IMG/VR virus record: IMGVR_UViG_3300044580_000410
Span: 20,720-84,719 of that record
Direction: 5' to 3' (one strand)
Length of the DNA stretch: 64,000 bases
Source of the DNA: a virus
The position numbers and the translations under genes were made by a program. Of the stretch, positions 47,601 through 56,864 are shown one piece after another; the stretch's first letter is position 1; every line of letters starts with the position of its first letter. The notes below the pieces were generated by a model that searched no databases, was not told the DNA's origin, and was given only the letters and a program-made list of their open reading frames with translations.

Positions 47601-49949
47601 TTACTTAAGTGATTTTAATGAAATCCAATCAGCTGCTCTGTAAGCGCTTCTATTTAATACTTTATTACCTGTAAAGTTGAGATCCTGATTAGCTGAAACT
47701 GCTGAGAATTTATCCCTATTCCAAACACTAACTGCTCCGGACAAAGTATTTTGTTTAATAGCGGGCTTGCCAAATTTACCTCCTGTTGTTCCGGAATCAG
47801 CAATAAATGTTCCCCCAGCAAATGAAGGCTGAGTTCCCATCATAGTCTGATTTCCTGTATATTTGTCAACTCTTGTTTCATAATCTGCACTTCCAGCAAA
47901 ATTATCAGGAAGATCATAAATTCTACCCATACCACGGTTAAAGATTGATTGAATTGCATCCCTATCTCTTGTCATTCCATGATCAAGATTAACCGTAATT
48001 TTCATTTCAAGTGGAAAATCATCAGGTCCTAATTCTTCCCCTAATTCAATCTCTATACTGTCGCAAATTAAATTACCAATCATAGCAATAGGATTTAGAG
48101 GATTCCCGATAGTTACATGCCATTCTCCAACCGGTTCACCAATAAGAAGAGCTTTAAGGCCTGTAAGATAAGGAATTTGTCCTTCAGATTTTTCAGCAGC
48201 TTTTGCCTTAATAATATTTCCTGCAATATTATCCCCGGTAATAAGACTTTTTAAACTTCCTTTCCCTAAAATAGCATTATAAACACCTTTAGCAAGATCA
48301 ACAAGTTCCCCTGTTGCATCGGTTATTTTATCTGCAAAAGTATCAATTGAAGATTGAGCCCATTGTAGAGGTTGTCCTCTATACCACTGTTGGATACCTT
48401 TATCTCCTCCCATGAATGGATATTGCTGCGGGTTAGCCATAAATCTATGCTGACCTCCCCAAAACATTGCTGAAGCAGATCCAATAACTAAAAAATTAGA
48501 AAGTATATCCAATAAAACGGCTTTTGTATTTATACCACCAATTGGTCTAGCAACATATTCAAATACTATTGAAATTTTATTTTCAAATTTCAATCCTGCC
48601 TCCCTTTTTTTAACAGAATCAATTCTATTGACGGGTCCAATAACTCGGTTTTCATAAGGACCCCCACTATAAGGATCTGGTGGCAAATTTCCTTTGTTTA
48701 ATATTGCTTGCTGATCAAAACTTCCTGTTGCAATATTAAGCATTTTAGCAAATTTTGTAAGACCACCAAAAAGACCAGCTGGGCCAGCTTCCATATCAGG
48801 ATTAGCTTGGGATTGAACTTCAAATACTTTTGCTTCTACATCTCCCCATTTGAACCCTGTACTCATTTTTAATATGGATGTTAAAGAATTTCCAGTTTCT
48901 TCTCCAAAGTAAGTAACTGCAGTTGCCATAGGAGGAAATGAAACTTTTTTACCTCCACCTTGGTCGGCAGTTCCAGGATTTGCATTTTGAGAATTTGCAG
49001 CTTTTTCATCTGAATTATTTCCAGCAGTACCAAAATCCTGTAATCCGTCCATCCCCGGAAATTTAAGGTTATCTACAATAGGAGCAGCATATCTTCGAAG
49101 AGTAATCATTCGGTTATTAGGAACGATATTCCAATATTTGCAATAAACAAAATCGCTAAAATGATAAGGGGTTCTTCCATAAGGATCCCCATTTCCCCAA
49201 GAAATAATAGATGAAGTAGTTGGGTTTAAACTAAAAGCTAAATCACCATCTGAAGCTTGATCTATTTCATACCATTTTCTTTCGTTTCTCCTATTGATTA
49301 AATAATTACCTCCCTTGCTTCCGTATAATCTTGTAACAGCATACGTATTAATAAGGGAGGGGATTCCTTTAAAGAAATCGTCCTTCTTAAGCTGCTCTCT
49401 TCTTTCGGCCAAAGCAGACAAAACATCTTTTTGATTTTCAATTTGGGATTCCTGTACTTTTTGATCGGAAATTAAATATCCTGTTGTTGAAACCTGCTGA
49501 AATCTAGTATCATAAGGGGTAATTAAGCTTGTTTTATTATCTGTTTGATAAAGCCTTTGTAATCTTCGATCAAAAGGTCCAACAGCGGAATCTTCTAATG
49601 GTTTTCCATCAAAATCAGTAAGAGGTATTTCCGAAGATACTTCATCATGAACAGCTTTGGAATATTGTGCTCTTAGACATCCATCCAAAAATTCCTTAGC
49701 TCTGGCAAGTGATTCTTTATAAACACGAGCAGCAGCAATAGGATGAATATTATCCAATTTATTTCCTGGAATATCTTTACTAAAAAATCCATCTCCAGTT
49801 ATAAGCTCATTAAAAAGTTTATTAACTTTAACTCTGAAACATTCATTTGTAGTATAGTAATCCGTAAATTCTATAGCATTTTCGATAGCCTTTAAAGCTC
49901 TATCAATTAACTGATCGACTTTCGTTTTGCTTGCAACTGCTTCTGCCAT
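47601..49949 (-). CDS. Putative tail-tube initiator / baseplate protein (gp48/gp54-like)
   Basis: HVTIGNP...GNLICDSIEIELG...DDFPLEMKITVNL tube-fold-like end; first gene of the operon. Confidence 0.5.
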   Translation of the reverse strand: MAEAVASKTKVDQLIDRALKAIENAIEFTDYYTTNECFRVKVNKLFNELITGDGFFSKDIPGNKLDNIHPIAAARVYKESLARAKEFLDGCLRAQYSKAVHDEVSSEIPLTDFDGKPLEDSAVGPFDRRLQRLYQTDNKTSLITPYDTRFQQVSTTGYLISDQKVQESQIENQKDVLSALAERREQLKKDDFFKGIPSLINTYAVTRLYGSKGGNYLINRRNERKWYEIDQASDGDLAFSLNPTTSSIISWGNGDPYGRTPYHFSDFVYCKYWNIVPNNRMITLRRYAAPIVDNLKFPGMDGLQDFGTAGNNSDEKAANSQNANPGTADQGGGKKVSFPPMATAVTYFGEETGNSLTSILKMSTGFKWGDVEAKVFEVQSQANPDMEAGPAGLFGGLTKFAKMLNIATGSFDQQAILNKGNLPPDPYSGGPYENRVIGPVNRIDSVKKREAGLKFENKISIVFEYVARPIGGINTKAVLLDILSNFLVIGSASAMFWGGQHRFMANPQQYPFMGGDKGIQQWYRGQPLQWAQSSIDTFADKITDATGELVDLAKGVYNAILGKGSLKSLITGDNIAGNIIKAKAAEKSEGQIPYLTGLKALLIGEPVGEWHVTIGNPLNPIAMIGNLICDSIEIELGEELGPDDFPLEMKITVNLDHGMTRDRDAIQSIFNRGMGRIYDLPDNFAGSADYETRVDKYTGNQTMMGTQPSFAGGTFIADSGTTGGKFGKPAIKQNTLSGAVSVWNRDKFSAVSANQDLNFTGNKVLNRSAYRAADWISLKSLK

Positions 49950-49963
49950 ACTGTATTTTATTT

Positions 49964-49972
49964 TATATATTC
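49964..49972 (-). promoter_or_regulatory. Putative late promoter GAATATATA
   Basis: Motif upstream of ATG 49949, right after a terminator. Confidence 0.55.
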
Positions 49973-49980
49973 GAGAAACT

Positions 49981-50009
49981 AAAAAGTCTAACCTTGTGGG
50001 TTAGACTTT
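49981..50009 (-). terminator. Intrinsic terminator
   Basis: 11-bp stem AAAGTCTAACC/GGTTAGACTTT with 5-nt loop and T-run on the minus strand. Confidence 0.7.
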
Positions 50010-50435
50010 CCAATTTAATTTATCCTGAATAGGCTTACACTCGATAAGCCTAATCTTTTTGACAGAAGGGAAGAAGATTATTTCTCTAAAAAGATCGTAA
50101 TATTGTTCTAGTTTTGGTACATTATAGTCATCTAGTAAAACTAAATCTGAAATCCTATCGCAGGTCTCTAATTCATTAAAAAGATTTTCAATTATATCCC
50201 TGCTAAGGTTTGGATTAGAATAAATAATCCCACGAATTCTTTTGGACTTTACATAATTTTCAATCAAACCAGTTATTTTTTGGTTGACTATAAAAGCTGC
50301 ATAGTCATCTATCGTAGAATAAGTATATCCTAAGTCAGACAGGATTTCCGGAACACTTACAACTGAATAAAGTTTTAAGTTTAGAAAAGCCCGCTTTAAT
50401 TTTGGTAAACCTTCAACAGTAATATAGAATTTCAT
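50001..50435 (-). CDS. Hypothetical protein
   Basis: 144-aa ORF in a contiguous minus-strand run. Confidence 0.6.
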   Translation of the reverse strand: MKFYITVEGLPKLKRAFLNLKLYSVVSVPEILSDLGYTYSTIDDYAAFIVNQKITGLIENYVKSKRIRGIIYSNPNLSRDIIENLFNELETCDRISDLVLLDDYNVPKLEQYYDLFREIIFFPSVKKIRLIECKPIQDKLNWKV

Positions 50436-50437
50436 TC

Positions 50438-50725
50438 TTATGCCTTTTTGCCAAACTCCTCTTTAGCTTTTTCGTTGGCGCTATAATAGTCCATACCGTC
50501 CTTAAGCATCAATTCCATTGCTCTGTCTGAAATTTTTTTGTTAATCATGGATTCCTCTTGAGCATTGTTTTTGATTCTCATTTCTTCCTTTAATTGCTCT
50601 TCTTTTTTTCTGCCTTCGATGATATTTTGTCTTATCATTTCAAACTTCTCATTTCTGGGCAAAGTTTTTTTGTACTTGGCAAGGCCTAGCCTTTTTTCCA
50701 TGGCCTTTCTTTCTCGTCTGTTCAT
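50438..50725 (-). CDS. Small basic helical protein
   Basis: MNRRERKAM... 95 aa. Confidence 0.6.
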   Translation of the reverse strand: MNRRERKAMEKRLGLAKYKKTLPRNEKFEMIRQNIIEGRKKEEQLKEEMRIKNNAQEESMINKKISDRAMELMLKDGMDYYSANEKAKEEFGKKA

Positions 50726-51516
50726 ATTACTTGGGATTTTAGAATTTGATTATATGTCGTATAAACTTTGTTTTTTATTAAGATTCTCTTTACTCTATCT
50801 TTGTGAAATCCAATTTCTTTAGCGATTCTCGAGCATGGTTTCTTTTCGATAGTATGTCTATGTAAAATAGTTTTTAATAATTCTGGAGAAATTGGTTTCA
50901 GATTTCCATAGGTTGGGGCTCTTTTTTTCGCTTTTTCTGAAAGATTATTTTTTTGATCCTCTGATAAGGTCATTCCCCTTCTTCCTTCATGTAAAGCTTT
51001 GATATGGGAATCTGATAATTTTTTCCCCCACATGTGATGCTTTTCCTTTTTTTTAGAACCATTCCTCTGAAATGTTTTGCTAATTTTTTCTTTGTGATCT
51101 ATAGATAGAGATTTGCCTTTTTTCGATTGCCTCATTTTTTGTCGAGATTCCTCAGATATTTTATGTTTTTTCCCTCTATTTGATCTACTTATTTTTTCTT
51201 TTATTTCTTCGGATAATATTGCATCATTAAAACCTAATCCCCCCTTCGGAACTAAATTATATCCATTTGGGGATAATGTTCCGTATTTGAAAATATATTT
51301 TTCTTCTAATTTTCTCGCCTCCAATATATTAATACATTCTTCTAGTATTTCCTTTTGAAAATTTTCTTTTCCGTATTTTTTAACGGATCTAATAAAATAT
51401 ATCCCAGATCCTATATACCCATCATCAATATTATCTGTTGCATGAGATCCAACATATTGTTTTCCGTTTATAAGGTTGGTAGTAATATAAACATAATTAA
51501 TTTTTTTCTCGGGCAT
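50722..51516 (-). CDS. GIY-YIG homing endonuclease with NUMOD3 repeats and HTH-like end
   Basis: YVYITTNLINGKQYVGSH...YIGSG...KKYGKENF...NGYN. Confidence 0.9.
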   Translation of the reverse strand: MPEKKINYVYITTNLINGKQYVGSHATDNIDDGYIGSGIYFIRSVKKYGKENFQKEILEECINILEARKLEEKYIFKYGTLSPNGYNLVPKGGLGFNDAILSEEIKEKISRSNRGKKHKISEESRQKMRQSKKGKSLSIDHKEKISKTFQRNGSKKKEKHHMWGKKLSDSHIKALHEGRRGMTLSEDQKNNLSEKAKKRAPTYGNLKPISPELLKTILHRHTIEKKPCSRIAKEIGFHKDRVKRILIKNKVYTTYNQILKSQVI

Positions 51517-51529
51517 ATATTTTTTATTC

Positions 51530-51537
51530 TATATATC
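51530..51537 (-). promoter_or_regulatory. Putative late promoter GATATATA
   Basis: Motif upstream of the endonuclease ATG. Confidence 0.5.
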
Positions 51538-52069
51538 ATTCTTTTTTAGATAGACTTTTAACATAAAAAACATTGAATAATCTAAAATATGCAGCTAAGA
51601 AAAGGATTTCATCGGTTCTGATAACCGTTGAAGCATCCATTAGCTTAAATTTTTTCTCTTTGATGTCTTGCTGAGCTTCTTCCTGGATTTTTAATCCTGT
51701 TACATCAACAGCATAAACTTTAATAGGAGAATCCGAAGTTAGATTACTATAAAGAGCTCCTAAAAACATCCAATCTTTTGCAGCTTTAATATTGATTTTA
51801 GTAACTTCATAGAAAATTCTATTAGCAGCTACTAGATCGGTGCTATCATCAGAGGAAATATATCCATTGAGAAGAGTCCAAACCTCTTCATCCTCAATAT
51901 AGTTCCAGTCTTCGATAATACCTATTTTTTCCAGAAGACCATCTGAAGAAATTGTGTAAGGCAAAACTGCAACCTTATCTTTTTTATCCACAAGGTAATA
52001 ATGACCATCAATCTCGATGACATCCTCGTATTCCCCCTGTATTATTTTTTTCTTCTTAACTTCTTCCAT
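51536..52069 (-). CDS. Nudix-fold-like protein with degenerate Nudix box
   Basis: VAVLPY...GYISSDDSTDLVAANRIFYEVT...FLGALY...VYAVDVTG. Confidence 0.5.
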   Translation of the reverse strand: MEEVKKKKIIQGEYEDVIEIDGHYYLVDKKDKVAVLPYTISSDGLLEKIGIIEDWNYIEDEEVWTLLNGYISSDDSTDLVAANRIFYEVTKINIKAAKDWMFLGALYSNLTSDSPIKVYAVDVTGLKIQEEAQQDIKEKKFKLMDASTVIRTDEILFLAAYFRLFNVFYVKSLSKKE

Positions 52070-52078
52070 TGGTTAAAA

Positions 52079-52852
52079 TTATTTTTCTTCTTCCCCAATA
52101 ATATCTCCTTGAGCTTCCGGACTTCCTACAATTGGAGCTTCTACTTCATAAGGAACTTCATTATTAGGAATTATTGGCTCATAAGCCATAAGTAAAGCCT
52201 GTTTTAAACTTTCCTTAATAACTTGATTATCCAGGTTTTGAATTATATATTCAATAACTTTTGGACCCCCATTTTCAAAGCTCTCCTTTACAACATTATA
52301 AAGGGATTGGGTAGGCAAACTGATAATCATCGACATTTTTACAGGGGTGTCAAATTTTTTTGCCTTTTCACACATCAGCCATACAGGATCCCCTGTATTA
52401 CTCGGCTGGGATGTGCCTGGTGCTTGCTGCTGAGTTTTCATATCATTATTAGATGTAGCATTAGCTGGAGTGGCAGGTGTGTTAAACGTGTTTATTTGAC
52501 CAAATTTCGAAGTAGTCTTTCTTGGAGGGTGAGGAATAATTTTCTTTTTCCCCTCAATAAGTGGCTGAACACAATGGAGAACTCCATCGCCACCCATTTC
52601 CCATTTTTCTTCTTCTCTTCCAACCCAAGTTGTTTCAATAACCCATACATTTGAAGGACTATCTACTTCTGCCATTAATTGACTTTGATAATCATGGCTA
52701 TTTAGTGGAAGAATAAGTTGTTCATTACATCTTGATCCATCTTTAAAACAGACGAAAACTATTCCGTCTTCTTCTTCGATTTTATCAAAAACCACTACTT
52801 CCCCATTTCTAGGACCTGCAAGAAATTGAAAGTATCTAACTGGTTGTTCCAT
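52079..52852 (-). CDS. Hypothetical protein
   Basis: 257-aa ORF. Confidence 0.6.
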   Translation of the reverse strand: MEQPVRYFQFLAGPRNGEVVVFDKIEEEDGIVFVCFKDGSRCNEQLILPLNSHDYQSQLMAEVDSPSNVWVIETTWVGREEEKWEMGGDGVLHCVQPLIEGKKKIIPHPPRKTTSKFGQINTFNTPATPANATSNNDMKTQQQAPGTSQPSNTGDPVWLMCEKAKKFDTPVKMSMIISLPTQSLYNVVKESFENGGPKVIEYIIQNLDNQVIKESLKQALLMAYEPIIPNNEVPYEVEAPIVGSPEAQGDIIGEEEK

Positions 52853-52900
52853 TTTTATTTTAGTTTAATTTTATCCACTTTTACTTCTTTCACTCGAACA

Positions 52901-53230
52901 TCATAGGGAGATGTATTTGGCGAAGTCTCTTCTGTACTCTTGCATCCATTCGACAGAGAATCCTTGACTTGCCCAGTCGAGGTAGTCCTCCCGAAAAGTT
53001 TCAAGAGCTTCATTAAAATGTTTTTCATAATCCCCCGAGCTTAAAAAGTTCATTCTCAAAACAGGAATAACAAAAGTGTGTTTTGTTCCTTTTACCCTCC
53101 AAAAATATGAAGGAGTTGATACTTGCACCCCCATACCATATTCCACAAAAAGAGGTTCAACCCATCCCTTGGGATGCACCTCCATTTGTCGGACCATTTG
53201 TAAATTACCAAAGTCGTATTCGTAAGGCAT
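52901..53230 (-). CDS. Hypothetical protein
   Basis: 109-aa ORF coupled to the upstream gene (TAATG). Confidence 0.6.
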   Translation of the reverse strand: MPYEYDFGNLQMVRQMEVHPKGWVEPLFVEYGMGVQVSTPSYFWRVKGTKHTFVIPVLRMNFLSSGDYEKHFNEALETFREDYLDWASQGFSVEWMQEYRRDFAKYISL

Positions 53231-53541
53231 TATCCTGGTTGTTTATCAGATTCTTCTGATGAACCTTCAACCGATGTTGTCCCTTTTCCAGACATAATAG
53301 CTCCGCTAATTTTTCTAACTCCTAATAATGCTGCGGATAATAATCCTAATTGAAGAATTTTTTCAAAAACTTCTAAGACGTCTGGTTTTCCTAACCACCA
53401 TCCTACCATTGCAGCTGCAAAAGCGATGGAAGTAAGGATCCCAGTAATCACACCAACAAATCCGGAACCAGAAGTTTTTCCATTGGAATTATTGAAGGTT
53501 TCACTAAATCTAAATTTAGATTTGTTATATCCCATAGCCAT
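53230..53541 (-). CDS. Two-TM membrane protein, holin candidate
   Basis: Two hydrophobic helices, charged C-terminus, GATAAATA upstream. Confidence 0.5.
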   Translation of the reverse strand: MAMGYNKSKFRFSETFNNSNGKTSGSGFVGVITGILTSIAFAAAMVGWWLGKPDVLEVFEKILQLGLLSAALLGVRKISGAIMSGKGTTSVEGSSEESDKQPG

Positions 53542-53568
53542 ATCTCTAATTTTAGTTGGTTATCATTA

Positions 53569-53576
53569 TATTTATC
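53569..53576 (-). promoter_or_regulatory. Putative late promoter GATAAATA
   Basis: Motif upstream of ATG 53541. Confidence 0.55.
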
Positions 53577-53608
53577 CAACTAAAATTAGAGGGCCCATTC
53601 CAGATTTT

Positions 53609-53815
53609 TTATCTGAGAATATCAACAATCTTTGTAAGAACGATCGAAGAGATTTCTGAATCTTCAGTACTTCCTTTTAGATGCTGAGCAATTTTTGCTT
53701 CCACATCTGTTGGGCTGATAGCTTCAACAATGTATTCTTCTCTTCTCTTTTTAATTTTTCCTTTTACTTCAAATTCAACCTGAAGTGTTGCTTTGTAAAA
53801 TGCTTTTTCGCTCAT
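53609..53815 (-). CDS. DUF4494-like small protein
   Basis: GKIKKRREEYIVEAISPTDVEAKI...ISSIVLTKIVDI. Confidence 0.55.
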   Translation of the reverse strand: MSEKAFYKATLQVEFEVKGKIKKRREEYIVEAISPTDVEAKIAQHLKGSTEDSEISSIVLTKIVDILR

Positions 53816-53835
53816 GATATTTAGTTTAAATTTAA

Positions 53836-54120
53836 TTATTCTTTTTTTGCTTTTACCTCATCGGGTAAAACATTCTGCGAATCAAAAACACTAGGAACTT
53901 TGCCGCATTTTGTACAAACAAATACAGGCATAGGAACTAATTGTTCTTGACCAGAGGGAGAGATCAAAGGAGAAAGAACTTTGAAAAATAATTCTTCCCT
54001 GAAAAGAACCCCGCCACATTCGCATGTAATGGTTTTTGAATTTTTTATAATTTCCGGAGTAATCTTTATGTTGCCCTGCATTCCGTTTGCAAATTGAGCA
54101 GCTCTTTTTTCGTTATCCAT
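53836..54120 (-). CDS. Zinc-ribbon protein
   Basis: CECG...CTKCG. Confidence 0.65.
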   Translation of the reverse strand: MDNEKRAAQFANGMQGNIKITPEIIKNSKTITCECGGVLFREELFFKVLSPLISPSGQEQLVPMPVFVCTKCGKVPSVFDSQNVLPDEVKAKKE

Positions 54121-54121
54121 T

Positions 54122-54490
54122 TTAATTTATTTTATGATCTTTTTCTTTACAAACACTTTGAAAAGTTCCTAATGGACCTGAGATTTCAAGATAGGAAACA
54201 TAGTATTTAGAAGGATCCATATCAAATTTCTGAGCCATTCCATTACTTTGAATTTTAATATAATATCCTTTTGTAATAAACATATTCCACCTAGCATTTA
54301 AAATTTCCTCTCTTGAAACTCTATTAGCATCCTTAAGGAAATAAGTTTTAAGTCTTTCCTCAAAAATATTACTCTTAACTAAGAGAGCTCCAGAAATTCC
54401 ATCTATAGTAAAGATATAAAATTCCGAGAGTTTTCTTATATCTGTGATTTTTACATCCTTGTGTGTCCAATCTTTTGCCGGTGTGTCCAT
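54122..54490 (-). CDS. Hypothetical protein
   Basis: 122-aa ORF. Confidence 0.55.
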   Translation of the reverse strand: MDTPAKDWTHKDVKITDIRKLSEFYIFTIDGISGALLVKSNIFEERLKTYFLKDANRVSREEILNARWNMFITKGYYIKIQSNGMAQKFDMDPSKYYVSYLEISGPLGTFQSVCKEKDHKIN

Positions 54491-54504
54491 AGTACTTTTT
54501 TATA

Positions 54505-54532
54505 TTATATGTTCTTATTCTTTATAAGTTTT
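54505..54532 (-). promoter_or_regulatory. AAAAC-YYWT-N13-ATAWAA motif (putative early/middle promoter)
   Basis: AAAACTTATAAAGAATAAGAACATATAA upstream of ATG 54490. Confidence 0.4.
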
Positions 54533-54954
54533 AATAAATCATCCCATGAATAATCCCTAATAGCATGTATTTGATCCAAGGAAAAGCCTTTCATTTTAGA
54601 AGGCAAAAAGATTAATTTGCTCGGGGAAATCCTTTTTAAAGTTTCGGGAAAGAAAATATCTCTTTTAGAAAAAGAATCATCAAAAATAGCAAAAAAATCC
54701 CCTTTAAATTCTTGGATAGATTCCCAAGAAATATAATTCATCTTGGAATCTATAAAAAACCTATTATCTAAAATTTGATCCCCGAGATATTTGTCTAATC
54801 TCTGAAGATCTTTTTTTATATTTGACCATTGGGGATCTAAATACCATTCATTTCTAATAATTTGAAGAACAGGAACATTTTGTTTAAAACAATTTATTTT
54901 AATCCAGGGCCAAGCTTTTTTTCCACTTTTTAACCTATCATTAAAATCAATCAT
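54505..54954 (-). CDS. Hypothetical protein
   Basis: Probable start MIDFNDR at 54954 (ATGA overlap with the upstream stop). Confidence 0.55.
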   Translation of the reverse strand: MIDFNDRLKSGKKAWPWIKINCFKQNVPVLQIIRNEWYLDPQWSNIKKDLQRLDKYLGDQILDNRFFIDSKMNYISWESIQEFKGDFFAIFDDSFSKRDIFFPETLKRISPSKLIFLPSKMKGFSLDQIHAIRDYSWDDLLKLIKNKNI

Positions 54955-56312
54955 TTGTTTCCATTTAAAGCTTTCCAATTCAAATAATCGGTAATCAATC
55001 CTCTCCTGTATTCAGTTTCGTTTTGCCTTATCTGATTGATCTTCAGAGGATTCTTCTTTCTCTCAATAATTTCTTTAGGAATAACAGTTTTGTATTGTTC
55101 TTTGAGAATCCATTTATGAGTTCTGGAAGAATAGGGAAGTTGAAGAGCTGCTCGAACAACATCATGTCCTAAGAAGGGATTTCTGCATTCAATTGTGAAA
55201 TTCATGCTCATCCGGTCAACTCTAACTAAATGATAGAAAGGAAGTTCCTGGAATACATCGCTCTTTTGAGAATCGTATTCACTTATTCTGCGATAACCAC
55301 CAAATAATTCATCTGCTCCATCCCCAGTAAGAACAATTTTATCCTTAATATCTTTGAAGAGATAATATTGAGGGATTACAGAGCCAAGATCGATCATCGA
55401 ATCATTTATATCATAGATCTGCATTTTTTCAACCAAAGAAAGATCCTCAGGTTTTACATCAAGATAATTTATCTTTAACCCCCAATGATCTTCCATAAAT
55501 TTAACATGCTCTCCATCTTCAGCATTATTAATTGAGTAGATATTTACATCAGCTCCAAATTTCTTAAGATAAAAAAGGATAATTGTACTATCTAATCCTC
55601 CAGAGAACAAAGTAGAAACTTTATATTTTTTGGTAAGCAATCTTCTTCGGACAGAAGTCTCTATAAGTTCGTGTATTTCCCCCTTTGGAAGATTTTTATC
55701 CCATCGATAATAATCCTGGATAACTCGGGGAGCAATAGTTCTTCCGCTTTCATATATGTAGATATTATTAGGCATAAGCCTCTTAACATCTTGATAAAGA
55801 GTTCGATTGTCTGTATTATAACCCCATTTATTGACTGTGCTGATAAAGTTTTGGTCAATGGATAGGTTATTACTTAATCCTTTTACTTCACTGGAAACTT
55901 CTCCCGTTATAGGATTTATATAAAGTTGTTTTTTTCCAAGAGGATCGGTAAAGAGGATTACTTTATTCTTTCGAACAATTACAATACTCCAAAATCCATC
56001 CCATTTGTTTATTTCTTCGAGATGTTTTTCTATAGGAATATCCTTTTTAAAAAGATCCTGTAAGTAAGCAGAGTCATTTTCAAATTGCTTTTTGGAAAAT
56101 TCATTATAATTGAAGATCTCTCCATTGAAAAGAAGAAAATCGCCATTATCTAATAAAATAGGTTGAGTCCAATTATCTTCTTCAAGAGTTTGAATGGGTA
56201 GACGATGATGTCCATAAATCCATCCATTCTTTTCTATTGAGGTAAATTGAATTCCCCTGTGTTTTATTGAATCAATTTTGTTTTTATCTGGAGTCAAAAT
56301 AATCCCACACAT
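54951..56312 (-). CDS. Asparagine-synthetase-like glutamine amidotransferase
   Basis: N-terminal MCGI (Ntn Cys), HHRLPI, FNGEIFN, SGGLDS, TGDGADELFGGY, ECRNPFL. Confidence 0.9.
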   Translation of the reverse strand: MCGIILTPDKNKIDSIKHRGIQFTSIEKNGWIYGHHRLPIQTLEEDNWTQPILLDNGDFLLFNGEIFNYNEFSKKQFENDSAYLQDLFKKDIPIEKHLEEINKWDGFWSIVIVRKNKVILFTDPLGKKQLYINPITGEVSSEVKGLSNNLSIDQNFISTVNKWGYNTDNRTLYQDVKRLMPNNIYIYESGRTIAPRVIQDYYRWDKNLPKGEIHELIETSVRRRLLTKKYKVSTLFSGGLDSTIILFYLKKFGADVNIYSINNAEDGEHVKFMEDHWGLKINYLDVKPEDLSLVEKMQIYDINDSMIDLGSVIPQYYLFKDIKDKIVLTGDGADELFGGYRRISEYDSQKSDVFQELPFYHLVRVDRMSMNFTIECRNPFLGHDVVRAALQLPYSSRTHKWILKEQYKTVIPKEIIERKKNPLKINQIRQNETEYRRGLITDYLNWKALNGNK

Positions 56313-56314
56313 AA

Positions 56315-56596
56315 TCAATGATCATAAATTTCCCAAGCTATTGCATCACTATCAATTTGAAAATCCCCATCGGGCTTTATTCCAGTTATATTAGGAACTT
56401 CTGGCAATTCCACAGGATAGGTAAAACATACTGAAGGACGAAATGATCCATCACCATCAGCAAAATAAGAACACATTCTGGAAGATCCAATTTTGCCAAG
56501 ATATTGCATATATTCGAACATCTTTTTTAATGCAACTGCATCGGCAGGAGATACATTTTCCAAAGTGATAATTAAAGTTTGAGGAGTTCTTTCCAT
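56315..56596 (-). CDS. Hypothetical protein
   Basis: 93 aa, GSSR...FADGDGSFRP. Confidence 0.6.
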   Translation of the reverse strand: MERTPQTLIITLENVSPADAVALKKMFEYMQYLGKIGSSRMCSYFADGDGSFRPSVCFTYPVELPEVPNITGIKPDGDFQIDSDAIAWEIYDH

Positions 56597-56772
56597 TATT
56601 TTACATTTTTATTTAACCAGGTTTCAATATAAGCTTGATCATTGCTGACAAAACCATCATGACAATCTACTTGAAAATCTCTTACGAGTTCTTTAAGTTC
56701 TTCAATAGAAAGAAAATACCCGGATTTGAATTCTTCTTTCCCGTCTTTAGTAACTAATTTTGTTTCAAGCAT
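56596..56772 (-). CDS. Small hypothetical protein (58 aa, not in the ORF track)
   Basis: Manual translation MLETKLVTKDGKEEFKSGYFLSIEELKELVRDF...NKNVK; stop overlaps the next ATG (TAATG). Confidence 0.55.
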   Translation of the reverse strand: MLETKLVTKDGKEEFKSGYFLSIEELKELVRDFQVDCHDGFVSNDQAYIETWLNKNVK

Positions 56773-56864
56773 TTTTTACATGTAATAAACCATCAATCCT
56801 GCCACCGAACACATTTCCATGTGCCAAAAATTTCCTTGACAATAAGGAGGAATAATGGTATAAG

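Noticed and set aside
54951..56312. Calling the amidotransferase asnB
   Set aside because: Shorter than typical AsnB and located in a nucleotide-modification cluster; the substrate is undetermined.
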